The notes beneath the pieces are model-generated. The model was not told where the DNA came from. It saw nothing but the letters and a program-made list of their open reading frames with translations, and did no database searches. A stretch of DNA of 64,000 nucleotides from Eimeria praecox (taxonomy: Eukaryota): the NCBI GenBank assembly GCA_963920595.1, contig OY986946.1:6696001-6760000 (forward strand), in the 5' to 3' direction. How positions within the stretch are numbered: the stretch's first letter is position 1; every line of letters begins with the position of its first letter. Of this stretch, positions 1 to 13,600 are shown piece by piece. The position numbers and the translations under genes are program-made.

Positions 1-1058
1 AGGTACTTTATCATATGGGGATCCTTGCTCTGCGTGCCGGTTGCCAGTCTCCTGTTGCTGCCTGCTTCCTTTTTGCCGGGGATGTGTGCTGCCCATGAGG
101 AAGCAAGTCCTGCCCTTGCTTAAGCACTCAGCTTGGTGCTTAATTTTATTTGGACGAGGTGTCATAGTGGCGCGTGAAGTCGCGTTCACCGCCGCTGCTT
201 TCGGTGGCCAATGAGTATCACATCCTGAAGGCCCTTCTTCCCAGGCTGGGGCTTGCAAACTGCACTGTGCGCACGGCGGCACAAGCTATTCCTTTAGCTG
301 TACTGGTAGCATCGGTGCCTTCTTCCACGGAAAGTGTTGGCCTTCAGCCGCCCCCTTTCCGAGGAGCTGAGCATCCCTAATGCTTGGGAGTGCCTGCTTG
401 CACCATCAACTCATCTAACTACGAATTCTTTGCGTCGTGCAGACGTGGCTTGACTGCTACAAACTATTTATTTGGGGCTGTTATCATGCAAAGGCGGAAC
501 CGTGGAAACGACTGCAGAAGCTGCTGCGTTTCCGCATACCTGACGGACAAGTACCCACTGGCCCTTTACATCATTCAGTTACACACATGCGCGTAGTGCA
601 ATGCTATCCACGACCTCCTTTTAGCCACACTCACGGCAGCAGCAGTGCATAAACTGCTCCTCACACAAGTCTCTGCTAAAGCAGCCAGTAGCATGCGGGT
701 ACTAAGCCGTTAGGCGTTAACACAGCCGAGTACAAATGGAGTTGGCATAGATCCAAACGGACGCACGCACCGCATATCTGTAGGTGCCTGGAGACGCCAT
801 TGAATACGCCCCAATTCGCTGCACAGATACTTCACCCTACTGGATGACGGTGTTGGGGAGTTCGTGGCGCTTTCAACAGGAAGGACAGTCGCTTGCACAG
901 TTGACTGCCTGCATGGACCGTCTAGCGGCCAGTCGCCTGATTCGTGAGACATTGCGGAAACTAATCAGATACGCCGTGAGTGCAGAGTTCACCTCCTTCG
1001 ACGGCCCAATGACCTGCATTTCTTATGATAGCATCACTGTCTAGACAGCATTCAACCA

Positions 1059-3788
1059 TTAAAGCTTGGCGCAAGTAGCCTCCGTCTTGTGATTGCTTTC
1101 GTCTGAAACGCTGTCGGGGGTGTCTGGCGGGTTCCTTGTCAGCTCACTGATGCTCCTCCCGAGCTTCTTCATGCGGGACGCAATTCGTATCCTCGCATCT
1201 CTCACAAGCGTGGGAACTTTCAGTTTCACGCAGTCTTCACTCCGTTGTATGCTGCGCGGTCGCTTTGTGCGGAAAATATCGAGAATTGCCTGCGGTTCAG
1301 CATTTTGAAATGCTACCGCGTATGTTGCCGTAAACAGCGGGAACAGATGTTCAACTTCATTTGCACGTATCACCTCCGCCACCAGTTCGAGTGTAGCTGG
1401 CCCCTGGTGATGTGCGAAGAATGCATATGCACACACGCACACACACGCAAACACACACGCACACACACCCACACACACGCAAACACAAAATAGCGCAGGA
1501 CTGTGAAGTAGTCTATGGTGGAGCGCGCACGTTAACAGAAATGTGCTCACACCTAATAGCCCCTCGTATCAAAATGTGAAAATAGCCGGCATCAAGAGAA
1601 TCAGCATGCACGTACTTGCAGCTTCTGGCCGTTGAGCATTTCCTTCTCCAGCTGATCCCAACCCTTTCCCTTCTGGCGCACGAATGCAGCAGCTACTCTG
1701 GCGTTGCGTCCCCCGAAGACAGTCGTGATGACATCAGCATAGCCCGCGCTATCGTAGAGCGTGTCCTGTATCAAACAAAAAGTACAAGGCGGGGTGAGTT
1801 ACTTTATCTGGGATGGCCGCATCCATTGTATCCCGTAGGGCATTATGCAAGGCACCCGCTTGTGGGATAAATGCGGAAGACGATTCAGGTAGCTCACAGC
1901 AAGCAGATCACCAAAAAATAGCATGGTGAATGTCTTTATCTCCTCTACTCCTAGACGGAGGATTGCTGCCTTTGTGTTAGTACCCTGGCCCATTCCTTCG
2001 CAGAAGCCACCGGCAAGAGCGACAACATTCTTCAGGGCTCCGCAAACCTGCAGCGTCGTAAGAAGCAGTTAACAGGGTTGAGCACTGCATAGGCAACTGG
2101 TACCACATATTATAATCCGCAGATACGAACGGATGCAAATGGTGGAGAAAAGCACCGCAATGTTGTACAGGCTGTACTGGTACGCAACTCACTTCGACAC
2201 CGTCGACGTCAGGCAGCACGTTTATCTTGAAGTTGGGCCTGTCAAAAAGCAGTTGCCACAACGCTGCCGTCTCGGTCTCACCGTCCGCATGGCCAATAGT
2301 CGCCTCCGCGAAGTTTTCAGCAGCAACATCATTAGCCACATTGGCGCCTACGAAGAACGAAATCAAATGATAGTACTTTTCCCCAAACTGCACTAGATGA
2401 GGATGAGTAGGCACTGACTATGCGTTCTCCACTCAACAAGTTGCATGCAAACGCAGCACAACTGCAACAGAGCCTCACCCGAAAGGACGCAGGGCTTCGG
2501 GAGGTCCAATATGGAGCCGATTTCATGCGTAAGAGTCAAAGGCCAGCCATTCCTCACGCTAATTCCCTTAATGAGTGAAATGGCCCGACAATGCGGCGGC
2601 AATAGCTTGGCTTTTCTCAGCTCTCGACAGGCTCTCTGCTCGCATGCACGCCACTCAACGATTTGTTTAGTCACTCCAAGGCCCCCCTTACACTGTCAAG
2701 AGCATATAAGCAACGACCACGTCTTTAGAATATACTACGTAGATAAAGGAACGTTGCGGCAGCTCCATAGGTTACTGTCTGAATCACGATTTGCCTACAG
2801 CGAAGACCTGGGCAATCTACGCAGCTCGCAGGCTCGGCAAGTCACCTCGATAAACTGGTGGGGCATGACAAAGACCAGGAGGTCGGCATCTCTGCATGCA
2901 TCCGTAAGAGAGGGAACAGCACGCAGATTCGAGGGAAGTTCGAATCCCGGAAGATACTTCTTGTTTTCGTGGTGGTTGTTTATCCACTCTGTCAGCTTGC
3001 GTCCCTCTACCTCCTCCTCATACACCCACATACGAACCTGCAGAAGAGACAACTGCATGCTAGGGCTTTCATCTCCGCAAAAGGGTTCCAACCCTCCAAT
3101 GGCACAAGATCAACTAACACGCTTAAAGATGCCTGCCCATAATAATGCATATGCCGCTCACAGCCCCAAGGCACTGGATAGTCACTGAAGGCTTATAGTG
3201 GATCAGAGCCGCACATCTGTATTGAATATGTGCGAGTTTTTCGCGTTTGAAGCGACGATCTTCCCCACTGCTGTCCCCCAATTACCGGAGCCAACTAAGG
3301 AGACCTGAAATGACAGGAGAAACCATCCGGAAGGGTTGTCAAACCTACACTAGGAGAAATAGCACAGCATCTGCACGCTAGAAAGCATACCGCACCAGTC
3401 CGATGGAAATAAGAATAGGTGTGTACATACGAGGGCGCATTACCACTGGGTGTGGAGGCTCAAATGCCGCACAAGAAACAAATGCGCAAAGGCGAGGCAG
3501 AAAGAGCAAATGACAGAGCAGTCAACCCAGCAAAATCCCTGAAACTCGCCACTTCACCAGGCATATTCTACCCTAACATGTGCCCTGTGCTCCCTGACAC
3601 TTCTGAAGAGACAGTGAATTGCAACACGGCACCAAAGGCATGTCCACGTTCACGTCCACTTGTGCGGGTCAATGCTTCCCCAGCTTGAACCAATGGCAGC
3701 TAACGCTCCCACTCACCTTCAATGGCCCCTTTTGGAGAGCCTGCAGAAGAGGGGGATACGCGGACGCGGGGCGGAGGAATGCCTCCAT
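1059..3788 (-). CDS. GPDH: NAD-dependent glycerol-3-phosphate dehydrogenase, 8 exons, about 436 aa
   Basis: Exons 3717-3788, 3215-3304, 2846-3037, 2479-2635, 2193-2347, 1898-2047, 1616-1765 and 1059-1403 join in frame with GT-AG boundaries. Motifs seen: [16 protein letters not shown] (Rossmann fold), [43 protein letters not shown]. Confidence 0.95.
1431..1487. repeat. (CA)n-like microsatellite in the last GPDH intron
   Basis: Run of acacacgcacacacacgc... seen directly. Confidence 0.85.
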
Positions 3789-5264
3789 ACTTGCAGGTGT
3801 AAATAAAAACAGAAGACAAAACAACAGCACCGCGTTCCAGACGCGCAGCCCTAGGCGAGGCCAGAGGGGTCCCAGGTGGGCTGAGTCGGAGGCGGTGGGG
3901 GTAGTAACAACCCCTGACTGCCAACTTGGGTGGAAGCGGTTGCAGCTGAGAGTGCCTGGCTTCCTTTCGTTGTAAGCGCCAATTAGCTGGGGGCTCCGTT
4001 GTTGCATTGATATGGAAAATGTAATTGGGTGTGGCTCCTTACCAAATACTCTTGCAACGTATTACTGCTGCAAGTATTATAGAACGGACCTGTCTGAGCA
4101 TGCCATCTGTATATCCGTTTTTTGCATGTCTTTCCGTCAATGAAGAGACGAGTGCAACAGTACCCGCCCATAAACTGCTCAATGCGGGATAGGCATATAA
4201 CAGGATTCCTTTGAACCGTTCAACGGAAAAATTATGTTACACGAAGGCGCTGTGGTGGCAGTGGACGAAAGATATGACACACCGCCGAGGGAGGCGGCAC
4301 ACTCCGCGCACACCACACCAGGTTGTGCCGGGCACTACAATGGCGCCAGCGAATGGCATCAGGCAGTAGAATGTAGTGACTAAACTATGTTTAAATTATA
4401 ATTATTATAATTAATGACTGTTATAAGGTGATATAATTGGCTTAGACGATGGGGTTCGTATGAGGCTTGTCCCTTTGGGCTCTTGTAGTGGGAACTATGC
4501 CCGCAGCTAGCAACGCAGCCGCGCACTCACCGCTGCAGCGGAAGATGGGGCAGTTACTTCCTTGGGAGGAACTTAGCACCAGCAAATATTCAGTAAGTTG
4601 AGACCCTGGGCAGCTAATAATAAGAAGCTCTTTAGATTGGCAGACCTCAGCGACTCAAGCAGATTGAACAAGCAAGTGTCTAGCCTGGCTGCGGAGTATT
4701 AACACATCTGTAGTGTTTGTACTCGTACCTCTGCTTGTCCTCACACTCACAATGGAGGGCTAAGCTTTTAGTAACGACCTACACTGTTAGCGCATCCAGC
4801 AGAGGGGGCCTGGTTGTGCTTGCATGTGGGGCTGCCCAGCAGAATTATCAGCAGCAAGGTGTGTTGCAGCTCAAGAGAGGCGGCATCCTCACCCCACCTG
4901 CCCCAGGCATTTGGGTCGCTGTCTACAGGATGCACGGGGACGGGAGATGGATAGTTGTGTCTGTTGTGAACGGGTGGCTGAGGAATTGTACTCTGCATGT
5001 AACGAGGGTGTAGCACAGTCTGCGTGATGTTGGTGATTGTTTCTCTACTTACTCACAGGCTGGCTATACAGGGTCAAGCAAGTGTTAAACGACCCTCTAT
5101 ACTGCAGACCACAAGGTTAGGGCCTGCGGTGAAAGAATTGGATTAGGTATGCCGTTTGCAGCACTAGTTGCAGCAAGGTGCTCTGCAGCATATCCCTTGT
5201 CCCCATGAGCTCCAGCCCTTTGGGCCGCTGTGCGCAGGACGCCAGGAGGTTGGAGGGGAGGTCA

Positions 5265-6800
5265 GCTTTTCTTTGTGAGATTTTTATTTAAGGGTTTGAC
5301 TCTACTGTACCCAGCGACGGTCCTCAGCAAAGTTCGAGGACTCCCGGTATACTTGGTAGCAGCGCATGACTCATCGGTTTATGTGGGGCCAATCTGTCGC
5401 TCCCCCCTGCAGTAGAGTGGCTTTGCGCATAGCAATGGGAAAGTGGAAAAATCAAAATGAGGTATTACACAATTTTGAAAAATCGTCAAACTCAGCCATT
5501 TCCTCCTGCACAATGCATATTGATCATGGCCTTCCAGCGGGATGGAGTCTCGCCGAAGAGAAACAAGCTCGATTTGTGCATGCCCTGAGGGGGAAAGGGC
5601 ATTTCCACCAAGGCCTATTCATAAAGAGTGCGTTCGCCTCTGCCGACTATCCAGGTGTGACGGGCGCTCCAGTGCAAATGCAGCCGAGGCGTCCTTTGCT
5701 TCCCTATGCTTATACATTCGCCTTTACAACCCCTCAGAAGACTAGGAATAGGTGTCAGCATTGTGTCTATAGAAAGGGGCCGCACCACTATGGTGGGTAC
5801 CTATAAGGGAAGGTTCCGCTCCCCCGACACGTGTCAGTACCATGCAACCCTTCCGGGATGCTCTGCCGTGCTGGCTTGTTCCCAGTTTGCAAGGGGACAG
5901 GCTATGGCGGAACTGAGGAAACTTGTGCAAGGGAAGCTTTCGACAGAGCGCCACAGCTGGAAGTTTCAGTTATTGACGGTCTGAAGTGCATGAGGGACCA
6001 GGAATTTTTTGTATTTGCTCTAATGCAGGGCTATCTCGCGGGGAGAGGAAACTGGCAACTGGCAGAGTTATGGTTATCGAAAGAAGGCGCGAAGTAGTTG
6101 AGCTGGCCTAGACGATGGAGTACCTTCGCATAAAACGAAGCAAGAACGCCACTTCCACAGCCCTGGCTAGGAAATGACCCAGCTTTTGAGCCTATGAATA
6201 TTGGGGTTGTGATTGCCAGACTGGCGCACAAATGGCCTTTAAAGGGTAACAAACAGCAGCCAGCAAATTAGGCAAACAGAAAGCCCCGAGACAATTTCGA
6301 TCGGCCTATCGTTCTTCTTCAGTAAAGGAGGTCACACAATACAAGGCTGCGAACGCATGGAGGAATCTAAGGAACTGTCGAAGCAGGCCTTTGTGCAGTG
6401 CCACAAGGGGAACAAACAAAACAATCAAGGAAATGCCTGGCCTCCAATTAGCGTGCGGCGCAGTGATAGTGCCGAAAGGCATAACTACCGAACCGGCAAG
6501 GCCGCTTCACTTTGACTTAGTGCTTATCCAAATTTGTATTTATGACGAGGAGTTGCTACAGACGTTTGATACAGGATGCGGAGTGTATCTGATACCTGAA
6601 GCTACTGCGAGGAGGTGCAGCGTGCCTGCTGGCGCAGTCTCAGAGACTACGTTCTGCGGATGGGCGGCAGGATGCGATAATCAATAAAACAATGAGCTCA
6701 TAATGCGAGATTTATTTAAACATGGGTAATGATGATAATGAAACGGGACCTTTATGTTGGACCAGTTTACCACGACATAATCTTATCATGTTGTGAATGA
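5265..6800 (+). mobile_element. Degenerate LTR-retrotransposon gag plus aspartic protease remnant
   Basis: Broken frames give gag-like AMAELRKLVQGKLSTERHSWKFQLL and DQEFFVFALMQG, then protease-like LLQTFDTGCGVYLIPE (D-T-G). An inverted homologue lies at about 24172-25685. Confidence 0.65.
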
Positions 6801-7369
6801 TTGCAGAAGGCGCGTACTCTGCCACCCGTCATGACACTATTGAGGTATAGACATCTCGGGAAGCTATGGGAGACTGTGCTTCTCAGCACTTTCAACAGCA
6901 TTTGCACCCTCTACGGTGGCAGGAGTGGAATCTGTGTCCCATGAAAAAGGAGTGAGCGGCGAGGAGGATCTTACGCAGCGCAGACTCACTTCAGGCAACA
7001 ACGGAGATATGCGTGCGTTCTGTCGTTATTGTCCTGAGAGGACCGCAGTTTTGTGGGATTCGGTTCAGTAGACACCGAGGAATCGCAGAAGGGGGATATA
7101 CTGGAGGATGAGTTCTCATATATACGCAATAGCAAGGAGCTTGCAGCTGGCCCGCCCCCCGCTGTACGCTTAATACACTGCATCTGTAACACGAGTCCTC
7201 GACCTTACCCGAGGGGCCATGCGCTCCCATAGGGTGAAAGGCGTTCAGAAAGTGCTAATGAAAGGCAGCTGACCTCACCTCTAGCCTCAACGCATCCTGC
7301 GCATCGCTGTCCAAAGGCCTGCGCTGATGTAGGGGCGGCCAAGCCTTTAATAGGCTGCAGCGCACTTCG

Positions 7370-7720
7370 CTGCTTGGCAGAGGGAATCATGCAGGTGGTC
7401 TACGTATGGCACAACTAGGAGCTGTTTCAGAATATTTATTAATGCATTACTGAGTAATTTTCCCTCCAACGGCTACATCTGTGCCTGTACATGCTATTAC
7501 AGCAAGTTCCAATTGGAAATGCTGCGTCAGGATCCAGTATCCTTCCAACAATGAGATATCTGGCATGTGTCTGGCTCAGTCCCTCGGAGACTGCCTCACT
7601 GTACCTTACTTAGACCTGCAGGTCATAGTCTTCAACGAGGAAAATTGTTATTCTATTGATTACCAGACTCCTCGCCAGCGCAAAGCTGCTCTCTTGCTCG
7701 CTTACTTCGTGGCTGATTAC
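7370..7720. repeat. Dispersed repeat, reverse-complement homologue of about 38270-38630, probably retroelement-derived
   Basis: The reverse complement contains tacaggcacagatg...ttaataaatattctgaaa and tccgagggactgagccagacacatgcc, matching 38395-38570. Translations GMCLAQSLG...SIDYQTPR and GMCLVQSLG...SIDYQTPR agree. Confidence 0.7.
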
Positions 7721-7869
7721 ACGAAGGCGTATCCTCCACTCTTGTAAACTGTATGCCCATCAAACCTAGGGCTGCGAAAATGGCGTTCTTTTTTCCTTTC
7801 TTGTTAAGGTACACCATAATCTCGACCAACTCAACTATTTGACCGCTTAATTCCCTATCCTCAGCTCAG

Positions 7870-8260
7870 TCGGTTACTTGTTGCTGCTCTCTGGTAGAAA
7901 GACCCGCTATGAACAAAAAAGTCCGCGTCCGCCATTGCACATCTGTTGACAAGCAGCTGATGCTTCTGGCCGTAGCGTTCTGTAACAGCTTCTCTTGCTA
8001 AAGCTTCCTCAGTTCTGCTGTGGTCTGTTCTCTTGCAGGCCTGGGGATAAACTTGCATCGCACAGCATCGCGGAAGTGTTGCATGGTCCTGGCTTGCTCC
8101 GGTAAGGCGATGCCATTGCTAAAATGCAGCCACCTTGGCTGTTCACCCCCTTCTAATAGGTGAGGCCAATAACAACTGCAGATCTTCCGGTGCTTTCTGA
8201 AGACGAGGGTATAGGCCAAGGGGCCAAGGAACTCCTCTACTGCCCCCAAAACGCGGCTCT
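7870..8260 (-). mobile_element. Second degenerate gag remnant, opposite orientation
   Basis: FRDAVRCKFIPRPAREQTTAELRKL, then after a frameshift VTERYGQKHQLLVNRCAMADADFFVHS, parallels ELRKLVQGKLSTERHSWKFQLL...DQEFFVFA at about 5900-6030. Confidence 0.55.
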
Positions 8261-8627
8261 CGTCATATCGGGATGGTTGGCAGAAGCCGGGGCATTCTTT
8301 TTGATGGTGGATCTTGGTGAAGGTGCACGCTACGCCGAATGAGTTTTGGATGGATTGGGTAAATCGAGGTTATTTCTGCTTGGCGAGGCTCCCAACCGTG
8401 GGCTGCATGCCCAACCGCGGACAGGTCATCATCAATCTCCATTAAGCAAGAAAAAAAGCCTGAGGCTTTAAGAATTTTTCCAAGAGAAAGTGTTAAATGG
8501 GTCTTTTGGACTGGCTTCTGTTTCTTTTTCACCAGGAATTGCTTCACGGTAAGCTTACCTGCTCGGGCGGTTGGGTTCGTTGCTCGCAGCTAGCCCAGTG
8601 AAGCATGCGGTGTTACCAAGTGTAATA

Positions 8628-8983
8628 AGGGTCCTCAGTCTTACTTGCGGACCATGACAAGCTCCAAGAGTCAAGTACTTGCAGAAAGAGCTCGTCAAAA
8701 GAATCTGGTCTCCCCTCTAACCTCCATGCCTCCTGGGCATAGCTTCCCAACCAGACTAGCAGGGAAATGGGTAGGCCTGTCCTGGGCTGCAACGCATTTT
8801 GCTCCCGCTACTGCTGAAAGGCGGGCGCACCACATGCATGCACAGCCTATTCCCCTTTGCTTCATGTACTACAGTGTTGCATACTGAAGTGCAGAACGTC
8901 TTTAGCACACTAACTTGATCCTCTGTAGTCAGCCTGCGCCTAAGCAGAGATAAAAGAAACAGCACCATACAGGCCATGTTACA
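8628..8983. repeat. Dispersed repeat homologous to 38912-39285, with an internal inversion
   Basis: 8628-8841 matches 38912-39123 in direct orientation (agggtcctcagtc...cacatgcatgc). 8833-8983 matches the reverse complement of 39139-39285. Confidence 0.75.
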
Positions 8984-9459
8984 ACCCTGATGGCAAAGGT
9001 GGCACCACGGCCATCGGCAAACCAGGGAAAGTGACCAGAGTTCTGTTCCTCGAGAAAACGAATAGTCTCCATGAAAGGGCTAGGTTATGCAAAAAGGGTT
9101 TCGGGAGCAGCCTCCAAGTATACATTTGTTGACCTAGTAATAGAATTTAGGTTTATGTCATGTTCCTTTAACGTAGTTATCTCACAGCTTGATTTGGCCC
9201 AGATGTTACAGCCTAGTGTTTGTTTCACTATTTCAAGGCCTAGATGCGGCATTATCGCCATCTTAATTATTTAGAGAAGCACACGCAGGAGCTAAGCTGG
9301 GCTAACCTCCTTGCATTTGGGTGTTGCTCTGCAAAAGGAAACTTCCTTTTGGTCTTTAACTCGAGAGACGTAAAGGAAGTTTCCTATCGCAGAGCTACAC
9401 TCGAAATAACCTTTCTTCTTAACCACCCTCGCACTCTTCGTCTCGCACACGGGAGCAGG

Positions 9460-9845
9460 CACTAATATGTTCCCCCCCGTAGGGGACGTGTGATTGGTGC
9501 GCTTAATCCAATAGCCCTCAGAATGTCTAGTGTACGAGAGCCTAGTTGGGCCGCACAGGCGAAAGCTCAACTACCTCCAGCTTTTGCTCATCAAGACACG
9601 ACAAAGCCTCTCGCGATAGGTGAACCAACGGGACCCGTCACCAACGGGCTTCCGCCAGTGATTCAAGCCAGTGAAATTGCTCAGCTATGGCGTGAGCTAG
9701 AATGACTCCAAAACATTGTACAGGATATGGTGTTTAGCCGTAGTCCCGAGTCGCGTGGTCTCTGATACCTCGTGAGAGGGGAGAACGTATGGGAACCTTT
9801 TTTCGTCCTAGTAAAGCATCGACTTACGAAGATACGTCTGGATAA
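9460..9845 (+). mobile_element. Degenerate integrase C-terminus (GPY/F-like) and chromodomain-like remnant, chromovirus type
   Basis: VIGALNPIALRM resembles the GPY/F module. SRGL*YLVRGENVWEP resembles the chromodomain signature YLVKW..G..E.TWEP. Stop codons are present. Confidence 0.5.
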
Positions 9846-10694
9846 ACACTTTTAGGGTGCCAAGATAAGTGAATGCTTGGACGGGGAATGCCTTGGAATG
9901 CTAGATGCACCTAAAAGAAGAAGGCTTGGCCATGACTGGCAGCCCCCCTTCGACACGCGAGTTGATACAACGCTTCAGGACTACTAACAGAGCAACCATA
10001 ATAACCTAGATGAAGGCCAATCAGTGCCAATGAGATAAGCTAGCATGCTTAGCTAGCCTTGCGAGGATAGTGATACAGGTTGCACAGGTTTCCGCTGCAG
10101 GCTTGTTTGGCTACTTGCTCACTGTCCTACCCCTGCAGTTGCCCAAGTCAATAACTCAAGGAGGCATGGTCCAATTTAACCACTAGAGATGAGCATCAAG
10201 AGCTTTGGCAGCAGCAGCACCTCCTGGGGGCGCCATAGAAGACCTGAGGAACGAGGCGAATTCCAGCTTAGTGTATCTGGAGGGATAGATAGGGGCGCAT
10301 GCACTCTAACTAGTGCAACAAATTTGATTAATTATAATGAGCTAAGCCGGGAGACAGTAAGAACGCACAAAGCCATGCTGTCGACGCCGAGCGAGTGAGC
10401 GGCTCGGTGTGGCTGCCCTTGTCGGTTCCTTCGGGAGCAGACAAGCGCCCTCCATGCGGACGGGGCGGCAGCATACTACTTTTTATTATTCTTTCTTGGA
10501 TCGAACCTCACCATTATACCGCATGGCTTGACTTGGGTTGGGCCGGTGCCATCGCGGCCATACGCTTCTTAGTTCGCCCGTGGCGAGCCGAGAGGGGATC
10601 TGGTTGGGGGGCTTGATGCTTATGCTTCTCGGTTCTTTTCTGGTATTCCCGTTCAAACATCGCGAACCGTGCTGAATGATATCCTACAGTCGGC

Positions 10695-13600
10695 ATGACC
10701 GCTTTCTTCCTCACACTAGATTGGCCCCATGGGGGCTGGGGTCGACCAGCAGCAGCACCAGCAGCATCAAGAGAGCCTGCATCAGCTGGAGCAGCAGGAG
10801 GAGAAGCAGCAACACTAACTGCAACAGCAGCCTTCGCTGAGACTTCCTCACGGAGACGCCATGGACTCCGTCGAGCCAGGCTGCCGCTTCTTTTCTCCGT
10901 TTTTATTTCCCTGTTTTTGAGCATCTCGTGGTACGCCCTGGCGGGAACTCCCCCAGACACTCCTTCTCCTGAAGATGACATTGGAGAATCAAATGCCGAG
11001 CGGAAGGACAGTAATCCAACAGCACCGAAGCAACCGGGACAGCCGGGTGGTGGTGTCCCCGTTCCCAGCGTTTTCCAGGTGGCTGAAGACGATATCCCTC
11101 CGGAGTTGCGCTTCGCTCCGCCCATTCTCTCAACTGCTTCTTCCATGGGACATCGCAGCATTTCACCTCCTGTGCAACGTGATCGCCGGCCTTCCGGTGC
11201 AGGTGCCGCTTCTTCAGGGGCTGTTGTTGTGTCTGAGATGCTGCAGCCCTACACCTATGGCCGCGTGGGGGCCACCTTTGGGAGTGTATTGGTCCTTACA
11301 GACGTAGACGATACCCTGTGGTGTTCGGGATCTATGGCAGCCTTCGGCAAACACATCGGGGGCATTGACAGCGAGCTTGGGCGTGGGCTTCCGTATCCTG
11401 GAATAGGGACCCTGCTGTTTATGCTGGCTCTGGGGCCCCACACTTCCACCCCCAGCGGCTTGCGGATCCCTATAGAGCATTGCCCCGTGCCACTCCCTTC
11501 GCCGCAGACACAGAACTGCCCATACGACGTGCAACAGTTCCCAGTACAACATTTCTTGCCGCGGAGGGCTGGCGTTCTTTCTGCAAGGGTCTCCACTTCT
11601 CTTTTGGCTCAATTCACCCGTCCCCCATCCTTTTTCAGAGACATCGATGCAATTTTTACTAGCGGTGCGCGGCAGCTATACGGTGCAGGCGCACCGCGCT
11701 GGCCACTGGGGTATCAGAACCAGATGAAGTTTGCTCAAGTACTGTCGTCCCAGAACTCACGAGGGGAGGCCAAGATTTGGGGGTTTACGGAGGCCATAAG
11801 CGGTGGGGGTCCTGCGGTCGTGTTGGGGGACACAGGGGAAAAGGATCCAGAAGCTGCAGCAGGGATGGCTGTCAAATACCCGGAATCCCTTGGAGCAGTG
11901 TTGCTTCACTCCGTCTTCCTCAACAGACAGAAAGAAATAGACGCGGGGACTGGGAGGCAGCGAAGAGAAATGCCCAAACACATGATTCCTTTTGTTATGG
12001 AGTAAGAGCATAGCCAAACATACCTACACGCATCCAAGGCAATTCAGTTTTGGACCAATGACTGCCATGTTCCTTTCGCGTCCCTCAGGGTGCACGATTC
12101 TGTAGGTAGTAGGTAGTCCTCGTTTGTTCCGATAGCGCCTTGCACAGCTCATTACTTCGTAAGCGTGTTTGTGCCGATGTGCTGCAGCGTCTCTGGGGTC
12201 AAGTTGCCTGCAGTACAGCTGGTGTACGAGATCCTAGTGAAGGTGCGAGGAGGCGAGGAGGTGCAGTCTTTTGGAGACCTGAGCGAAGAGGTGGCCTATG
12301 CTGCCGGCGTGCAGATAGCAGCAGATGTGCGCCAGCTGTTCAAAACTGCAACAAGGAGGCAGCTTCTGGCAGCAGAGGCCAGAGCAAGTGGGGATCCCGG
12401 TTCGTCGCCGCTCGCACCACCTGTGATCTTCATCCACGTAACGCGACTGCACACGCAGGTTCTAGAAACGCCGCAGGAAGTTGGTGTTGCTGGCCAGCTA
12501 GCTAATTTCAGCAGCAAGCTAGCCATGAAGGTCAGCAGGTGGTCAGCGAAGAAGTTCTCACCAAACCCGGAACTCATCGACATAGCAGGTGAAGACTGCT
12601 TCTGTAGTCACAGCTGGTGCCTCGTGTTGGCCACTAGTTGAACTGCTTCTTTCGCCTTACTATTAGTTCCCTCCTTGCTCTATAGGCCGCCGTTTCATTC
12701 CAAAAACTGTTTTGCAGGATACAGTTCGTAGTTTAGTGTGGCTGGGGTGGGCGCGTGTTAAGGGTTATCTGTTGAAGGTTTAGGGCTTGTTAGTGAATTC
12801 GTGCTGCAGGTTTCCGTCAACGTGCGGAGGTGCTTCCCGTATTCCTTCAGTCACCCGTGCAGAAGGTCTCGCCGCAAGGCGTTCGCTACCCCTTGGGTGT
12901 TCCCTTCGCGAGTTATCGCACAGCTGTGGGGGCAGCCTTTGCTAGCTGGGCCTTAGGCATGCTGACGACGCAAGACGTGATGTCTCTAATTGTGGCGGCT
13001 ATCAGGGATTTGCGCTCTTTGGGACCTCCAAACCACTGCTGGCAAAGGACCGTTGTTCACGAGATGCTTGTCGATGTTGCGGTAAGCCACCTGTTGATAC
13101 TTCGCGTGTGGTGGGCATATGCGTCTTATCTCGTTGGATACGATCCAGAGTTGGGGACCATTTTGCCTCTGCTGCTCGCGTTTGCTTCTGCTGCGATTGT
13201 GTCCTTGAGTGCTTGGCTTGGCTCTTGTTTCTGCTTCATCTGTGCCATTTTTGGCCTGTGTGCACTTTTCGCTATGCACACCGGGATCCCGCTCTGTTTA
13301 TCACCAAGCCTATCTGCCTGTGAACATATCTGCACGTGCCCACGCCGTCAATGTCTTTTTGTCTTCATGCGCAAGCCGGCATCTTTTTCTGTGTATGAGA
13401 ATATGTGGCTTTTCTCCTGTCTGATATGTGTGACCCCCGTGCAGACGCATTAGCTGTCGTATAGTTGCGTACATGCATATGCATCTGTATGGGCGTGCGC
13501 ATTACTGTGCGCACGAATGCGTGGATGGGCTGTGGGCGAGTGGTCTTGGACATAAGTGCGTTCAGTCATATGCTGGTTGCACGTTCACAAGCGTGTTTAC

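Noticed and set aside
1..1050. Short ORFs downstream of GPDH
   Set aside because: No recognisable motifs; probably UTR or intergenic, or part of a gene lying mostly outside the window.
5030..5065. Possible LTR pair with about 10100-10130 (ttgtttctctacttactcac against ttgtttggctacttgctcac)
   Set aside because: The match is too short and weak, and no TG...CA ends, primer-binding site or target duplication could be found.
10514..11161. 215-aa minus-strand ORF (and its copy at 17951-18598)
   Set aside because: It is the antisense shadow of exon 1 of the phosphatase gene and has no motifs.
13082..13453. Hydrophobic continuation of ORF 12830-13453 that looks like TM helices
   Set aside because: It follows a strong GTAAGC donor at 13082 that splices in frame to 14073, so it is most likely T-rich intron.
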